Below are positions 1-13,126 of a DNA stretch of 64,000 nt, piece after piece. The first letter of the stretch is position 1; each line of letters begins with the position of its first letter. This DNA is from Mobula hypostoma (taxonomy: Eukaryota), in NCBI RefSeq assembly GCF_963921235.1, contig NC_086097.1:140122001-140186000 (forward strand). Reading direction: 5' to 3'. The notes beneath the pieces were generated by a model. The model did no database searches and was not told the DNA's origin. It worked only from the letters and a program-made list of their open reading frames with translations. Both the position numbers and the translations under genes were made by a program.

Positions 1-94
1 TTTATACATTGAGATGCTGCCACATAATTGGCTGATTAGACATTTGCATTAATGAGGTGTAACAGGTGTACCTACAAAATGGCCACTCAGTGTA
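1..94. mobile_element. Terminal part of a Tc1/mariner-like non-autonomous element
   Basis: Ends ...aggtgtacctacaaaatggccactcagtg-TA, a Tc1-type TIR followed by TA; the other end lies outside the window. Confidence 0.5.
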
Positions 95-199
95 CAAAGA
101 GTTGTACCCACAAACATTCGTGTAAGTGCCCAGATGGCTACACTGCATTACAGACCTGAATAAGGTCACCACAAGTGGATCAACACATTGATCAAGACA

Positions 200-348
200 C
201 TGATTGTCAACTTCGGGAAAGGGAAGGAAACCAGAGGTCCGTGAGCCAGTAATCATTGGAGGGTCAGAAGTGGAGAGGGTCAGTAACTTAAATTCCTGGG
301 AGTCACTATCTCAGAGGAACTGTTCCGGGCCCATCATATAAAGATAAT
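200..348 (+). mobile_element. Rex1/Babar LINE fragment, 5' part of a split copy
   Basis: Encodes LIVNFGK...IIGGSEVERVS..KFLGVTISE-like RT C-terminal text; resumes at about 2336. Confidence 0.7.
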
Positions 349-2335
349 TGAATTACAATCAGAATCAGGTTTATTATCACCGTTATGTGTCGTGAACTTT
401 GTTAATAGCAGCAGTTCAATGCAATACATGATAATTGCAGTGAATTTTTTATATATATATATATATATAGAATAGATTAAAAATAGTGCAAAACTGAAAT
501 AATATATACACTGGCATGCAAAAGTTTGGGCAACCCGGTCAAAATTTCTGTTACTGTGAATAGCTAAGCGAGTAAAAGATAACCTGATTTCCAAAAGGCA
601 TAAAGTTAAAGATGACACATTTCTTTAACATTTTAAGCAAGATTACTTTTTTATTTCCATCTTTTACAGTTTCAAAATAACAAAAAAGGAAAAGGGCCCG
701 AAGCAAAACTTTGGGTACCCTGCATGGTCAGTACTTAGTAACACCCCCTTTGGCAAGTATCACAGCTTGTAAACACTTTTTGTAGCCAGCTGGGAGTCTT
801 TCATTTCTTGTTTGGGGGATTTTCGCCCATTCTTCCTTGCAAAAGACTTCTAGTTCTGTGAGATTCTTGGGCCATCTTGCATTGCACTGCTCTTTTGAGG
901 TCTATCCACTGATTTTCAATGATATTTAGGTCGGGGACTGTGAGGGCCATGGCAAAACCTTCAGCTTGCGCCTCTTGAGGTAGTCCATTGAGGATTTTGA
1001 GGTGTGTTTAGGATCATTATCCTGTTGTAAAAGCTATCCTCTTTTCATCTTCAGATTTTTTTTAAAGACGGTGTGATGTTTGCTTCTAGAATTTGCTGGT
1101 ATTTAATTGAATTCATTCTTCCCTCTACCAGTAAATGTTCCCCGTGGCACTGGCTGCAACACAAGCCCAAATATGATCGATCCACCCCCGTGCTTAACAG
1201 TTGGAGAGGTGATCTTTTCATGAAATTCTGCACCCTTTTTTCTCCAAACATACCTTTGCTCATTGTGGCCAAAAAGTTCTATTTTAACTTCATCAGTCAC
1301 AGGACTTGTGTCTAAAATGCATCAGGTTTGTTTAGATATTCCTTTGAACTTTTTGAATAGAACTTTTTGGATGGTTTTGCATGCCACTGTATGTAAAAAG
1401 TGAGGTAGTGTTCATGGGTTCAATGCCCATTTAGGAATCAGATGGCAGAGGGGAAGAAACTATTGCTGAATCACTGTATGTGTACCTTCAGGCTTCTGCA
1501 CCTCCTTCCTCATGGTAACAAGAGGGCATGCCCTGGTATTGGGCGTCCTTAATAAAGGACGTCATCTTTCTGAGGCACTGCTCCTTGAAGCTGCCTTGGG
1601 TACTAGGGAGGCTAGTACCCAAGATGGAGCTGTCTAATTTTACAGCTTTTTGTAGTTTCTTTTGGTCCTGTGCAGTAGCCACACCACCCCGCCCCCCTCC
1701 ATACCAGACAGTGATGCAGCCTGTCAGAATGCTCTCCACGGTGCATCTATAGACGTTTTCAACTGTTTTTGTTGACAAACCAAATATCTTCAAACTCCTA
1801 ATGAAGCATAGTTGCTGTCTTGCCTTCTTTATGCATCGATATTTTGGGACTAGGTTAGATCCGCAGAGATCTTGACACCCAGGAACTTGATTGAAATTGC
1901 TCATTCTCTCCACTTCTGATCCCTCTATGAGGATTGGCTCATGTTCCCTTGTCTTACCCTTCCTGAATTCCACAATTAGCTCTTTCATCTTACTGACATT
2001 GAGTGCAAGATTGTTGCTGTGACACCACTCAGCTATCTGGTGTATCTCACTCCAGTATGTCCTCTCATCTCCATCTGAGATTCTACCAACAACGGTTGTA
2101 TTGTCAGCAAATTTATAGATGGCATTTGAGCTGTCCCTAGCCACACAGTTATGGGAAAGAGAAGGTAGAGCACACGCTCCTGAGGTGTGTCAGTGTTGAT
2201 CGTCAGCGAGGAAGAGGTATTATCACCAATCCACACAGGTCTCCTGGTTAGGAAGTCAAGGATCCAACTTCAGAGGGAGGTACAGAGGCCCAGGTTCTGT
2301 CACTTATTGATCAGGATTATGGGAATGATGATATT
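349..2335 (-). mobile_element. 5'-truncated Rex1/Babar LINE, interrupted by Tc1
   Basis: ORF 1488-2144 has YKFADNTTVVGRI and LALNVSKMKELIVEFRK; 3' tail aataaacctgattctgatt on the minus strand at about 355-375. Confidence 0.85.
509..1389 (-). mobile_element. Internally deleted Tc1 DNA transposon
   Basis: TIRs cactggcatgcaaaa (509) and ttttgcatgccactg (ends 1389), TA on both sides; transposase remnants TDEVKIELFG, PTVKHGGGSI and GRMNSIKYQQILEAN. Confidence 0.9.
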
Positions 2336-2978
2336 AATTGCAAAGAAAGCATGACAGCACCTCTACTTCCTCAGGAGATTGCAGAGGTTCAGCATGTCAT
2401 CAAAAACCTTGGCAAACTTCTATATATATGTGGTGGAAGGTGTGCTGATTGGCTGCACTATAGCCTGGTATGGGAACACCAATGCCTTTGAGCAGAAAAT
2501 CCTACAAAAAATGATGGATACAGCCCAGTACATCATGGGTAAAACCCTCCCAACCGTTGAACACACCTACATGAAATGTTGCCATAGAAAAGCAGCGTCC
2601 ATCATCAAAGATCCTCACCACCCAGGCCATGCTATTTTCTCGCTGCTGCCATCAGGTAGAAGGTACAAGTACCTCAGGACTCACACCGCCAGGTCAAAGA
2701 ACAGTTACTACCCCAGAACCATCAGACTCTTGAACAAAAGGGAATAACTACACTCACTCTACTTCTGGTGTTCCCACAGCTGAGTGTCTCACTTTAAGGA
2801 CTTGTTATTTTATGCTCGTTATTCATTGCTATTTATATTATATTTATATTTGCACAGATTTGTTGTCCTTTGAACCTCTTTACAGTTACTGTTTGAAGAT
2901 TTGCTAAGCATGCCCACAGAATCTCGCCGTTGTATTTGGTGATTTGTGTGTACTCTGATAAATTCTAATTTGAACTTT
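2336..2978 (+). mobile_element. Rex1/Babar LINE 3' end, continuation of 200-348
   Basis: ORF 2379-2747 (...SIIKDPHHPGHAIFSLLPSGRRY...) followed by a 3' UTR ending gataaattctaatttgaacttt. Confidence 0.85.
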
Positions 2979-3723
2979 TCTCACAATATTCAAAGTTAGA
3001 TGATGTGAACTGATTCAGAAATAAATTAAGAGGGCAAAAGGGGGCCTCAAGTATCCTTGGCGAGTGTCATTCAGGAGAACCCCATGACATTCCTTAGGTG
3101 TATTGGAGCAAGGAGGTAGGCAGGGATCAAGTAGGTTTTCTATATGTGGAGCCAAGGGGTGTCGGTGGATCTGAGATGAATGAGGAAAGCAAAAGGAATT
3201 GTAGAACTCAGTGTTTGGCTACTGTAAGCCCTTCCCCAGTCAAGTTCCTCAAGGGTTGGGCAAGTGACCTTGCTGTTCTGATGGATGGGTACAGACAGAC
3301 CAAACTTTGTATAACCATTAGGGAAAAAGGTTGTTGACAGGGTCCCAAGGAGAGAGCACCACAAGATTTGAAACAAACAATGGCTTGGTGCTCTGTTAGT
3401 AAGTGAAACATAATATCCAGAAAATGAACGGCTGGGGCAGATCCATCACTGTGGAATGTAACAGCAGTCCTCTGCCAGGTTTCTGGGAAACCACTGGGAC
3501 AGATCTCTGTAAATGGACAAGTATTCAATCTTTTACTTGAGATGAATCAGCTGACCATAGAAATGTCCATAGAAAGATCCAATCATGGCGCAGACAAAGC
3601 TGGCTCCTTACCACGTGAAAGGCTAGAGGTTATATTGGTCTGGGGGGGGGGGTTCTATTGATGACCGGTACCTGCTGCCTGAGGGTTTCTTACTGCTTTC
3701 CCAGTTGAGTCTTGTAAACTTAC

Positions 3724-3851
3724 TTCCTGACTGATAGATTTTGAACATTCCCATTTTGGGGGAATTTGGAGACATCTCAGATTATGTGCAAATCCTCCTG
3801 ACAACAAACTAGCTCGAACAAAATTATTTAAGTTGGCTCTGGAACACAGTC
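3724..3851 (-). CDS. Candidate internal exon, unknown gene
   Basis: Acceptor ttttatgacatttgcag, donor GAA|gtaagt; 128 nt open in phase 1 (LCSRANLNNFVRASLLSGGFAHNLRCLQIPPKWECSKSISQE). No homology recognised. Confidence 0.25.
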
Positions 3852-4189
3852 CTGCAAATGTCATAAAACATCTACCTCCACTCATAATTTATTGTTTTAA
3901 AACAACAGAACTGAACTTCCATTAAGGTGTCCTGAAATAAGTTTAGATGTGGGTGGGTTACAGCATCTGCAGATCATTGTAGCAGTTTTATGTTTGGTTT
4001 TACAAATCCACTGCACAGGTTGTACAAGGAGCACAGTGGTGATGCACAAGGTTAGATCCAGATGGCTGCATTATTTAAAGTTAGCTTGCATTTTTTAAAA
4101 ATGAACTCCTAACAGACTGGGTACTGCACAAAAAGTTATTAGATAAAGTAAATGGTAAGATGGCCAAGGTTAATGTAATAACATAAAGG

Positions 4190-4955
4190 ACAGATAACAG
4201 ATTTGATAGGGTCTTTTTCTGATTTCCAGACCATTATCCACAAGCACCATTAGGATCAACAAATAACTTAGTTGAAAATGTACAGAATAATGTCTCCAAG
4301 TTCATTGATTATGGGGTAGATGAAATAGTTAACTATAAAGTGGATATGGAGAGCTTGCAAAAGGATGTGGACAGGTTTAGGAACAAAGTTAAGAGAAGTA
4401 TAATGTGGGAAATGTGGGACTGTTATACAGAAACAGATTTTTGAATACATGCTATAAAAATGCTGGTAAGACATAGAAAGCAAGTGTTCAGATACAACAA
4501 GCAGTCAGAAAGAGAAATACTGCACTACACATAGTGCTGTCCAAAGATGAGGATCTTTGACTGCAGTTGTACAGGGCTTGGGAGTAACCACCTTTGGGTT
4601 TTTGCCTTAAGGATGTACGTGACTGGGACCAGTATTCATTGGACTGATTACTGGGTGGAGGGGAATTATTTTACCCTCAGAAGAATGAGCAATGATCCCA
4701 TTTAATAAACACAATTTTGTGGGAATTATGTTTGCTCAGGCTGCGGGATCTTAGGACTGGGGGCAGAGCCTGACCAGGAGAAATTTCTTTACAAAGAAGG
4801 TTGTTTGGAGTATTGCAGTTGTTCAGTTATTGATTATATTCAAGGACGAGGTTTGTGAGAATGGAGAGATGGGGATAAGAAATCGAAGAGATGTAGGTTT
4901 AGCCATAACCCTATTGGATGTGGCACAGGCCTGATAGCTGTATGGACCCAATTAA
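4190..4955 (+). mobile_element. Highly decayed CR1 LINE 3' fragment
   Basis: ESLQKDVDRF-like text, aggagaaatttctttacaaagaaggttg, and a CR1-like tail (agccataaccctattggatgtggcacaggc). Confidence 0.5.
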
Positions 4956-5289
4956 TTGTTCACAGTGTCCTGTCCTTTAATCTGCCCATGCTGTCTTTTT
5001 ACCCCTCATCCTTAACTGTTTACTTAATGCAGCAGACCTTTACACAGTAGATAGCCTGGTAGCAACTACTAACACAATGTAAGCAGACATGTAGATCCAA
5101 CAACATCCTCAAGACATTGCTGTAGCTTCCTGTGCAGTTTAATTGTAAAGACTCTACCAATGTTCCCACAGTGGTCTCTGGCAACTGCAAACCACCCAAC
5201 CTACTCTACTTATCATATTACAACGAGGTCCCCAAAAATACCCAACAAGCATTTGTGTTGAATGCCTTTAAAATTTCTGTGCTTTATCT

Positions 5290-5445
5290 GTGAACATTAA
5301 AGACACTCATCATCCAGAACTTGCCATCTTTCTGTTAAGCCGCCAGGGAAGAAGGAACCTGAAGACCCACATCCAGTGTTGCAGGAGCGGCTTCTTCCTC
5401 TGTGCCATCGGATAGCTGAACAGTCCATGAATCCATGAACACAAC
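5290..5445 (+). mobile_element. Small Rex1/Babar 3' ORF fragment
   Basis: IKDTHHPELAIF...SGFFLCAI-like text, similar to the other Rex1 copies in this window. Confidence 0.5.
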
Positions 5446-5626
5446 AAGCTTTTACTCAGCGTTTGGTCCTTAAACTCTCCCTTTGTGGCTCATGGTTAAG
5501 TTTTATTAACCTCTAGTGTTCCAACCTGTTTTGAATTAGATGCTGTAGAAATGTGGTAATCTGTGCTTCACGTTAGAGCTTAATGTGGTGGGTTAACTGT
5601 GACACGGCTCTCAAGCATCACTGCAT

Positions 5627-8600
5627 AGATAATAAGACCAGAAGATATAGGAGCAGAAGTAGGCCATTCGGCCCATTGAGTCTGCTCGGCCATTCAATCA
5701 TGGGCTGATCGAATTCTTCCAGTCATCCCCACTCCCCTGCCTTCTCCCCATACCCTTTAACACCCTGGCTAATCAAGAACCTATCTATCTCTGCCTGAAA
5801 TGCATCCAATGACTTGCCTCCACAACCGCTTGTGACAATAAATTCCACAGATTTACCACCTTCTGACTAAAGTAATTTCTCCGCATCTCTGTTCTAAATG
5901 GACAACCTTCAATCCTGAAGTCGTGCCCCCTTGTCCTAGACTCCCCTACCATGGGAAATAACTTTTGTCATATCTAATCTGTTCAGACCCTTTAACATTT
6001 GGAATGTTTCTATGAGATCCTTCCTCATTCTCCTGAACTCCAGGCAATACAGCCCAAGAGCTGCCAGACATTCCTCATACAGTAACCCTTTCATTCCTGG
6101 AATCATTCTTGTAAATCTTCTCTGAACCCTCTCCAATGTCAGTATATCTCTTCTAAAATAAGGAACACAAAACTGCACACAATCGCTCTCTCTCTGGCTA
6201 TCCATCCCATAGGATGATGATGGTTCCTTTCAGTTTGAAAGGAACAGCGTGTGCATGAATGGATTTTAGGTGAGTAGGGGGTTGCTCAGGTCCAGACCCA
6301 CCCCCTCAACATCCTCTCCCGGATCCAGCGGCATGGTGGGGTCCAAGACGGCTGGGGGAAGTTCTGTTGCAATGAATGGCCAGACCAAGCTTCAATGCAA
6401 GGGATGCCCTTTCTGTGCTTCACGGCACGTGTTTGCTAGAAGGCCGTTGACCCTATGAGAGGGTTCATCCGCCCTTTGACAGGTCTTGTTTTTTGTCCTG
6501 CAGGGTGTCTAGCCACCCTCCTCACCAGGCAAGCCTGGTGGGGGGGCTGGTTTTGTCACCGACCACCTGACCATGCCGCAGATATTACTGGGTTACATGG
6601 TACCAGCGGCACTCAAGATGAATGACCTGACTATACTGCACACAATACTCCAAGTGTGGTCTCACGAGTGCCTTATAGAGTCTCAGCATCACATGCCTAC
6701 TGTTATATTCTATACCTCTAGAAACATTGCATTCACCTTCTTCACCACCGACTCAACCTGGAGGTTAACCTTTAGGGTATTCTGCACAAAGACTCCCAAG
6801 TCCTTTTGTATCTCTGCATTTTGAATTCTTTCTCCATCTAAATAATAGTCTGCCCGTTTATTTCTTCCACCATTTCATTTGTCACTTCTTTGCCAAATCC
6901 CCTAAACTATCTAAGTCTCTCTGCAGGCTCTCTGTTTCCTCAACACAACCTGCTCCTCCACCTACCTTTGTATCATCAGCAAATTTAGCCACAAATCCAT
7001 TAATCCCATAGTCCAAATTATTGACATACATCATAAAAAGCAGCGATTCCACACTGACCCCTGTGGAACTCAACTGGTAACCGGCAGCCAGCCAGAATAG
7101 AATTCCTTTATTCCTACTCTCTGTTTTCTATCGATCAGCCAATGCTCCACCCATGCTAGTAACTCCCCTGTAATTCCATGGGCTGTTATCTTGCTAAACA
7201 GCCTCATGTGCAGCACCTTGTCAAAGGCCTTCTGAAAATACAAGTGCACGATATCTACTGCATCTCCTTTGTCTACCCTGCTTGTAATTTCCTCAAAAAA
7301 TTGCAGTAACTTAGTCAGGCAGGATTTTCCTTTCAGAAAATCATGCTGGCTTTGGTTTATCTTGTTATGTGTCTCCAGGTATTCCGTAATCTCATCCCTA
7401 ACAATCGATTCCAACAACTTCCCAACCACTGATGTCAGGCTAACAGCTCTATAGTTTCCCTTTTGCTGCCTCCCACCCTTCTTAAATAGCAGAGTAACAT
7501 TTGCAGTTTTCCAGTCATCCGGTACAATGTCAGAATCTATTGATTCTTGAAAGATCATTGTTAACGCCTCCACAATCTCTCTAGCTACTTCCTCCAGAAC
7601 CCAAGGGTGCAGTCCATCAAGTCCAGGAGATTTATCCACCCTCAGACCATTAAGCTTCCTGAGCACCTTCTCAGTTGTAATTTTCACTGCACATACTTCA
7701 CTACCCTGACACTCTTGAATGTCCAGTATACTGCAGATGTCTTCCACTCTGAAGGCTGATACAAAATACGCATACAGTTCCTCTGCCATCTCTGCATCTC
7801 TCATTACAATATCTCCTGCATCATTTTCTATTGGTCCTATATCTACCCTCAACTCTCTTTTACCCTTTATATACTTAAAAAAGCTTTCAGTATCTTCTTT
7901 GATATTAGTTGCCAGCTTCATTTCATAATTCAACTTTTCCTTCCTAATGACCTTCTTAGTTTCCTTCTGCAAGTTTTTAAAAGCTTCCCAATCCTCTGTC
8001 TTCCCACTAGCTTTGTCATCCTTGTATGCCCTCTCTTTTGCTTTTACTTTGGTTCTGACTTCACTTATCAGCCATGGTAGTGTCCTTCTTCCATTCAAAT
8101 ATTTGTTCTTATTTGGAACATATCTGCCTTGCACTTCCCTCATTTTTCACAGAAACTTCAGCCATTGCTGCTCTGCTATCCTTCTTGCCCGTGTCCCTTT
8201 CCAGTCAGCCTTGGCCAGTTCCCCTTTCATGTCATTGTAATTTCCTTTGTTCCACTGGAATACCAACACATAGAATTTTAGTTTCTCTTTCTCAAATTTC
8301 AAAGTGAACCTGATCATATTGTGATCACTGTTCCCCAACGGTTCCTTAACCTTAAGCTCTCTTATCACCTCTGGTTCATTGCAAAACACCCAATCCAGCA
8401 CAGCCAATCCCCTAGTGGGCTCAACAACAAGCTGTACTAAAAAGCCATCCCTTAGACATTCTACAAATTCTCTCTCCTGAGGTCCATTACTGACCTGGTT
8501 TTCGCAATCCACTTTCATGTTAAAATCCTCAACGATTATCATGACATTGCCTTTTCTATCTCCTGCTGTATTTGTAATCCACATCTTGGCTGCTGTTTGG

Positions 8601-9003
8601 AGGCCTGTATACAACTGCCATTAGGGTCCTTTTACCCTTGCCATTTCTTAACTCAACCCATAGGGTCTCTACACCTTCTGATCCTATGTCATTCCTTTCT
8701 AATGATTTAATATTATTTCTTATACACAGGGCTACACCACCCCCTCTACCTACTAACCTATCTTTCCAATACACCGTATATCCTTGGATATTCAACTCCC
8801 AATGGCAGCCATCCTTTAGCCAAATTTCAGAGATGGCCACAACATCATACTTGCCAATCTATAGCTGAATTTCAAGTTTGTCTATTTTATTTCTTATGCT
8901 GCATGCATTCAAATACAACACTTTCAGTCCAGTATTTGTTGCTTTCTGTTTTAACTGCACCACACCTCTATTGCTCTGTAACTCATCCCACTGGCTGTGA
9001 TTA
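5627..9003 (-). mobile_element. CR1 LINE with near full-length, disrupted ORF2 (APE endonuclease plus RT)
   Basis: GLKVLYLNACSIRNK, AISEIWL, VVYRPPN, GNSDHNMI (APE); KSPGLDG, NYRAVSLTSVVGK, FQKAFDKV, KFADDTK (RT); CR1 3' tail at about 5630-5720. Confidence 0.93.
6184..6634 (-). mobile_element. 451-bp non-coding non-autonomous retroelement, probably RTE-related
   Basis: Exact 12-bp TSD actgcacacaat at 6172-6183 and 6635-6646; (GA)n end on the minus strand; host CR1 resumes after it. The RTE link is inferred from the gggtgggtctggacctgagcaaccccctactcacctaaaa segment. Confidence 0.75.
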
Positions 9004-9679
9004 ATGTGTAGAATATTTGATAGAGAGAAACATCCAAGAGATGTGGGCAAAGGCCCTGCTGTTATTGAGAGAGAAGAATAATGATGGAAGATTTTGTGTG
9101 CCCATCCTGATAGTGGGCTGCATTGTCAGTCACACACACACACCACTGGTGATTTTAATTTGGCATATTTCAGGACACTAACCTGACTGGAAAGATTCCA
9201 ACTTGACAAGTATATTTGGGGATGGGTATTGCTGGAGATAAGATTGTAGGAGGAAAGGTAAAAGCTTAGGAGAATGACTGGTAGGGAGAAAAGCAGTCAA
9301 ACCCATCTTCATCGAAGAACCATCAAGTGTCCTATTCTTCCTGAACACCACGGAATCTCTTACTTCAGGTATTATCCAATTCCCTTATGAAATTTCCTGG
9401 AGAATCTGTTTCTGCCATCATTCAGGCAGACAGGCAGAGTGCTACAGATCACAGTAACCTGCTGAGCTAAAAGTCTCATCCACACTCTACTTCTTTTAGT
9501 CAGTTATCAGCTCATAGCAGTCCCCTTTTCAAAATAGCTTCTAAAGCTATTTGACTACACAAAAAATCATTTACTTACTCTTCTCCCTTACCTCATATTC
9601 CTTGATCTTGATATCCTTCCCTCATGCAATGTTGTTACCAACCAGCATTGGTTAGATGCAATCTTTTGAACAGAAGCAA

Positions 9680-10050
9680 CACACACACACAATGCTGGAG
9701 GAACTCAGCAAGTAGGGCCATGTCTATGGAGAGTTGATGTTTCAGGCCAAGAACCTTCATCAGCACTGGAAGGGGGAAGAAGCCAAAATAGTAAGGTGTA
9801 GGGAAGAGAAGAGTCCAATCTGGCAGGTGATAGGTGAAACTAGGTGAGGGGAGGGTGGTGGATGGGGGAGGAGGATGAAATGAGAAGCTGGGAAGTGAAA
9901 GCTGGAAGAGGTAAAGGACTGAAGGAGAAGGAATCTGACAGGAGAGGACCATGGGAGAAAGGGAAGGAGGGGCTCCAGATGGAGGTGATGGGCAAGTGAG
10001 GAAAAGAGAGAGAGAGCTGAAGAAATCAGAAGAAGCTCAAGAAATCAATG
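9680..10050 (-). mobile_element. Penelope-like element terminal (pLTR) region
   Basis: acacaatgctggaggaactcagcaag... terminus, hammerhead-like core at 9732-9768 and a purine-rich body, matching the terminus at 63060-63420 in opposite orientation. Confidence 0.75.
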
Positions 10051-13000
10051 TTAATCCGGCACCTCCCAGTTTCCATCCAGCTTATAGGATTCACCTGCTG
10101 ACTCATTCCAGACTCATCACCTGCAGCCTATGTAACTCCAGTTCTCATCCACAATTCTTGTTCAATCATCAAACCAGCTGGCCTCAACCAGTCGCTCCTA
10201 GTTTTCACTCGTTGCCTATTGTGTTTAGTTTCTGTTCTCTTGTTTTGTGGCCCCTCCTGGCTTTATATGTTGCAGTCTATTATTAAGATTATCATTCACC
10301 ACAAAATTGTCTCTGATTTTCAGTCAAGCCTCCTCTACATCCCGTGACAGAATGAATGACCTAGCAGAGTATTTTCACTTAAAAGAAGTCATCCACTTAC
10401 ACGAGCACAAGATCCAGAAACAGCAGGAGACCATTGACCACCTGTACACCACTCTCATTCAACTCTCCGTTTCAGTGCAGCAACTCCACACCAGTCAACT
10501 TCCTCATTCTGTGTCCGAGTGCTTTGATGGATTTCCAACCCGATGCCTCAACTTCCTGTCCCTTACATGTAATGTGTCTTACATTTCGAGCTCCAGCCAT
10601 CTCTGTATTCTACAGACTGGGCCAGGATCACCTTACTCATCTTCCCCTTCACTGGGAAAACAAGGCCACCACTTGCAACAAATATACGAATTTCATCGCT
10701 GAGATGCACTGGGGTTTTGAACACTCGAGAAGTGGAAGGGAAGCAGCGGATTTGATACTTCACCTGCATCAAGGCTCACTTTTTGGACTGGATTACACCA
10801 TGGAATTCAGAGCCCTCGCGGCAGAGTGCACCTGGAATGCAGGAGTGCTGCTGGCCTATTATCATTATGTACCCTCTGAGCACTTGAAAGATGAGCTGAG
10901 TACCCGGTAGATGCTGACATTAAAGCCTCAGCACTCTCGCTCTTCATATTGACAAACATCTTATGGAACAATCCTCCAGATCATTAGTCAGACCCCTAAT
11001 TCCGTTCCCAGAACCATTTTTGGTTACAGGACCCATGCAACTAGGGACAGCTTCCTTAACCAGGCTCCCCCCGCCCCCAACATCCTTTGAGCTCGAGGGT
11101 CCGTGAAGAAACCATTTGTGCAGCTACTGTGGAGCCATCATAGTCTCCAGCCAGTGTAGGATTCTTCTTTGTCAAAAGGAAAGGTGGGGGTCATCGTCCA
11201 TGCATTGAGTACTGTGGACTCATTAAAAATCACCATTAAGAATTGCTACCTTCTCCCCTTGATGGACAGCATTCGAAACACTCCATGGAACCCAGATCTT
11301 CACCAAACTGGATCTATGGAGTACATATAATCTCATCTACATCTGCCAAGAAGATGAGTGGAAGATGGTGTTCATAAGACCCACTGGCCACCATGTTCGG
11401 TGACTTTCCAACAGTCCAGCCGTTTTACAAGTCTTCATTGATGAGATCCTCCAAGACATGCTACACAAGTATGTGTTTATCTACCTCAATGACATCCTCA
11501 TTTTCTCCAAGAATTCGCAAGACCACGTTTGTCACATTCACTCAGTCCTTTGGCATCTCCTCAAAAACCAACTGTACTGCAAGTTAGAAAAATGCCAGTT
11601 CCACACCCAAGTCACTTCCTTTCTTGGTTATGTCCTTTCACCTGAAGGCATTACCATGAGGCCCTGACCTCACAGCCTGAAACAGCTACAGTGCTTATTG
11701 GGCTTCTTCAACTACTGCCATTTCATTAGAAACTACAGCCAAATTACCACTCTTCTCACTTCTCTCACCAAGTCACCTAACTCATGGATAACTTGGTCTG
11801 TTGCCATGGACCACACTTTGCTGGAGTTCAAGAGGTGTTTCACCACAGCTTCCATTCTCCTCCATCTGAACCATTCTGGACCTTTTGTGGTAGAGGTGGA
11901 CACATCTGACGTGGGCGTCAGGACCATTTTCTCCCCACAAGAACTGGACAGGAAGACATGCCTTCTTCCCACGGAAGTTCAATCCTACACGGCGTCGTTA
12001 TGTTGTAGGAGACAGGGAGCTACTTGCTATTAAATAGGCCTTGGAGGATGGAGACATTGGCTGATGGGGAAACACCGAGCTCTTCCTGATCTACACTGAC
12101 CAACAGAACCTCTTATCCATACAACAGATCCAGCAACATCAGCATCAGACTCGCTGGGCCCTCTTCTTTGAACAATTTAACATCACCACCTCCTACCAAT
12201 CTGGTTCCAAGAACATGAAGGCAGACGCTCTGTCATGACAGTTTGACCCAGCTGAAACTAGAACGACCCACAGCCCATCATTCAATCCTCTCAAATCCTC
12301 ACCCCAATCATCTAGGACCTTTAGAACCAGATTGCTAGCCCTATAGCACCAGCCTGCTCTGGCCAACATACCTGACAACCACACGTACGTGCACCCTGAG
12401 ACACACAAGTGGGCCTACTTTTCACCCCTCTCTGACCATCCAGGAGCACGGTGGACTTTGTGATGCTGGCTGTGGTCGCACACCATGATCGCAGATGGAC
12501 ATCAGTTCGTTGCTGTCTGGTCTCAGTGCACCTGGTTCAATTCATCTCACCTGAGCGTGCACCTCCAGAACCTAGGATGGAGGAAGATGGCCCAGTGTAT
12601 ATGGCTCACCAGTGGCTGGATTCACATTGCCATGGGTGGGGTGGGGTGTGCACTACTTGGTTGTCTGGGAAGGGTACAGCTTGGATGAAGGTAATTGGTT
12701 GCCATCCAGTTATACCTCGCTCATTGAGGAGTTCCACTGAACCCATCTGGGTCGTCGTGGGCCATCAGGGATTGGCTGTAAGGGGGAGGGGTTCCTGTCA
12801 GGCCTGCTCCTGCTGACACCTCCCAAGCTGCACCCAGCAAATGGGCTTCAGCTGCCACTCATTCCAAACACATCACCTGCAGCCTAGTTAACCTCTGTTC
12901 TCATCCACAGTCCCTGTTCATTCATCAAACCAGCCGGCCTCAGCCAATCACTCCTAATTTTCACTCTCCCTGCCAAAAGTTTTCCTTGTTGTCCGTTGTG

Positions 13001-13126
13001 TTTAGTTTATGTTCTTTCTTGTCTTGTGGCTTATTATTTTGTTGACTATTATTAAACTTATCATTCACCACTAATTTTTCTCTGCTGCTTTGCTTTTGGG
13101 TCAAGCCTCCTCTACATTTCCTGACA
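10049..13126 (+). mobile_element. Degenerate Gypsy (chromovirus/Sushi-like) LTR retrotransposon
   Basis: LTRs at about 10049-10349 and 12796-13126, both ending tcaagcctcctctacat...tgaca; PPT aagggggagggg before the 3' LTR; gag (LHQGS..DYTMEFRALAAEC.WN), RT (FIYLNDILIFS, LYCKLEKCQF), RNase H (PFVVEVDTSDVG) and chromodomain remnant (HYLVVWEGY). Confidence 0.9.

Noticed and set aside
3450..3480. tggaatgta / tgtaacagca resembling miR-1 or miR-194 seeds
   Set aside because: The rest of the mature sequence does not match and no precursor hairpin is evident.
7070..8143. 357-aa ORF as a host gene or active RT
   Set aside because: Internal piece of a frameshifted CR1 ORF2.
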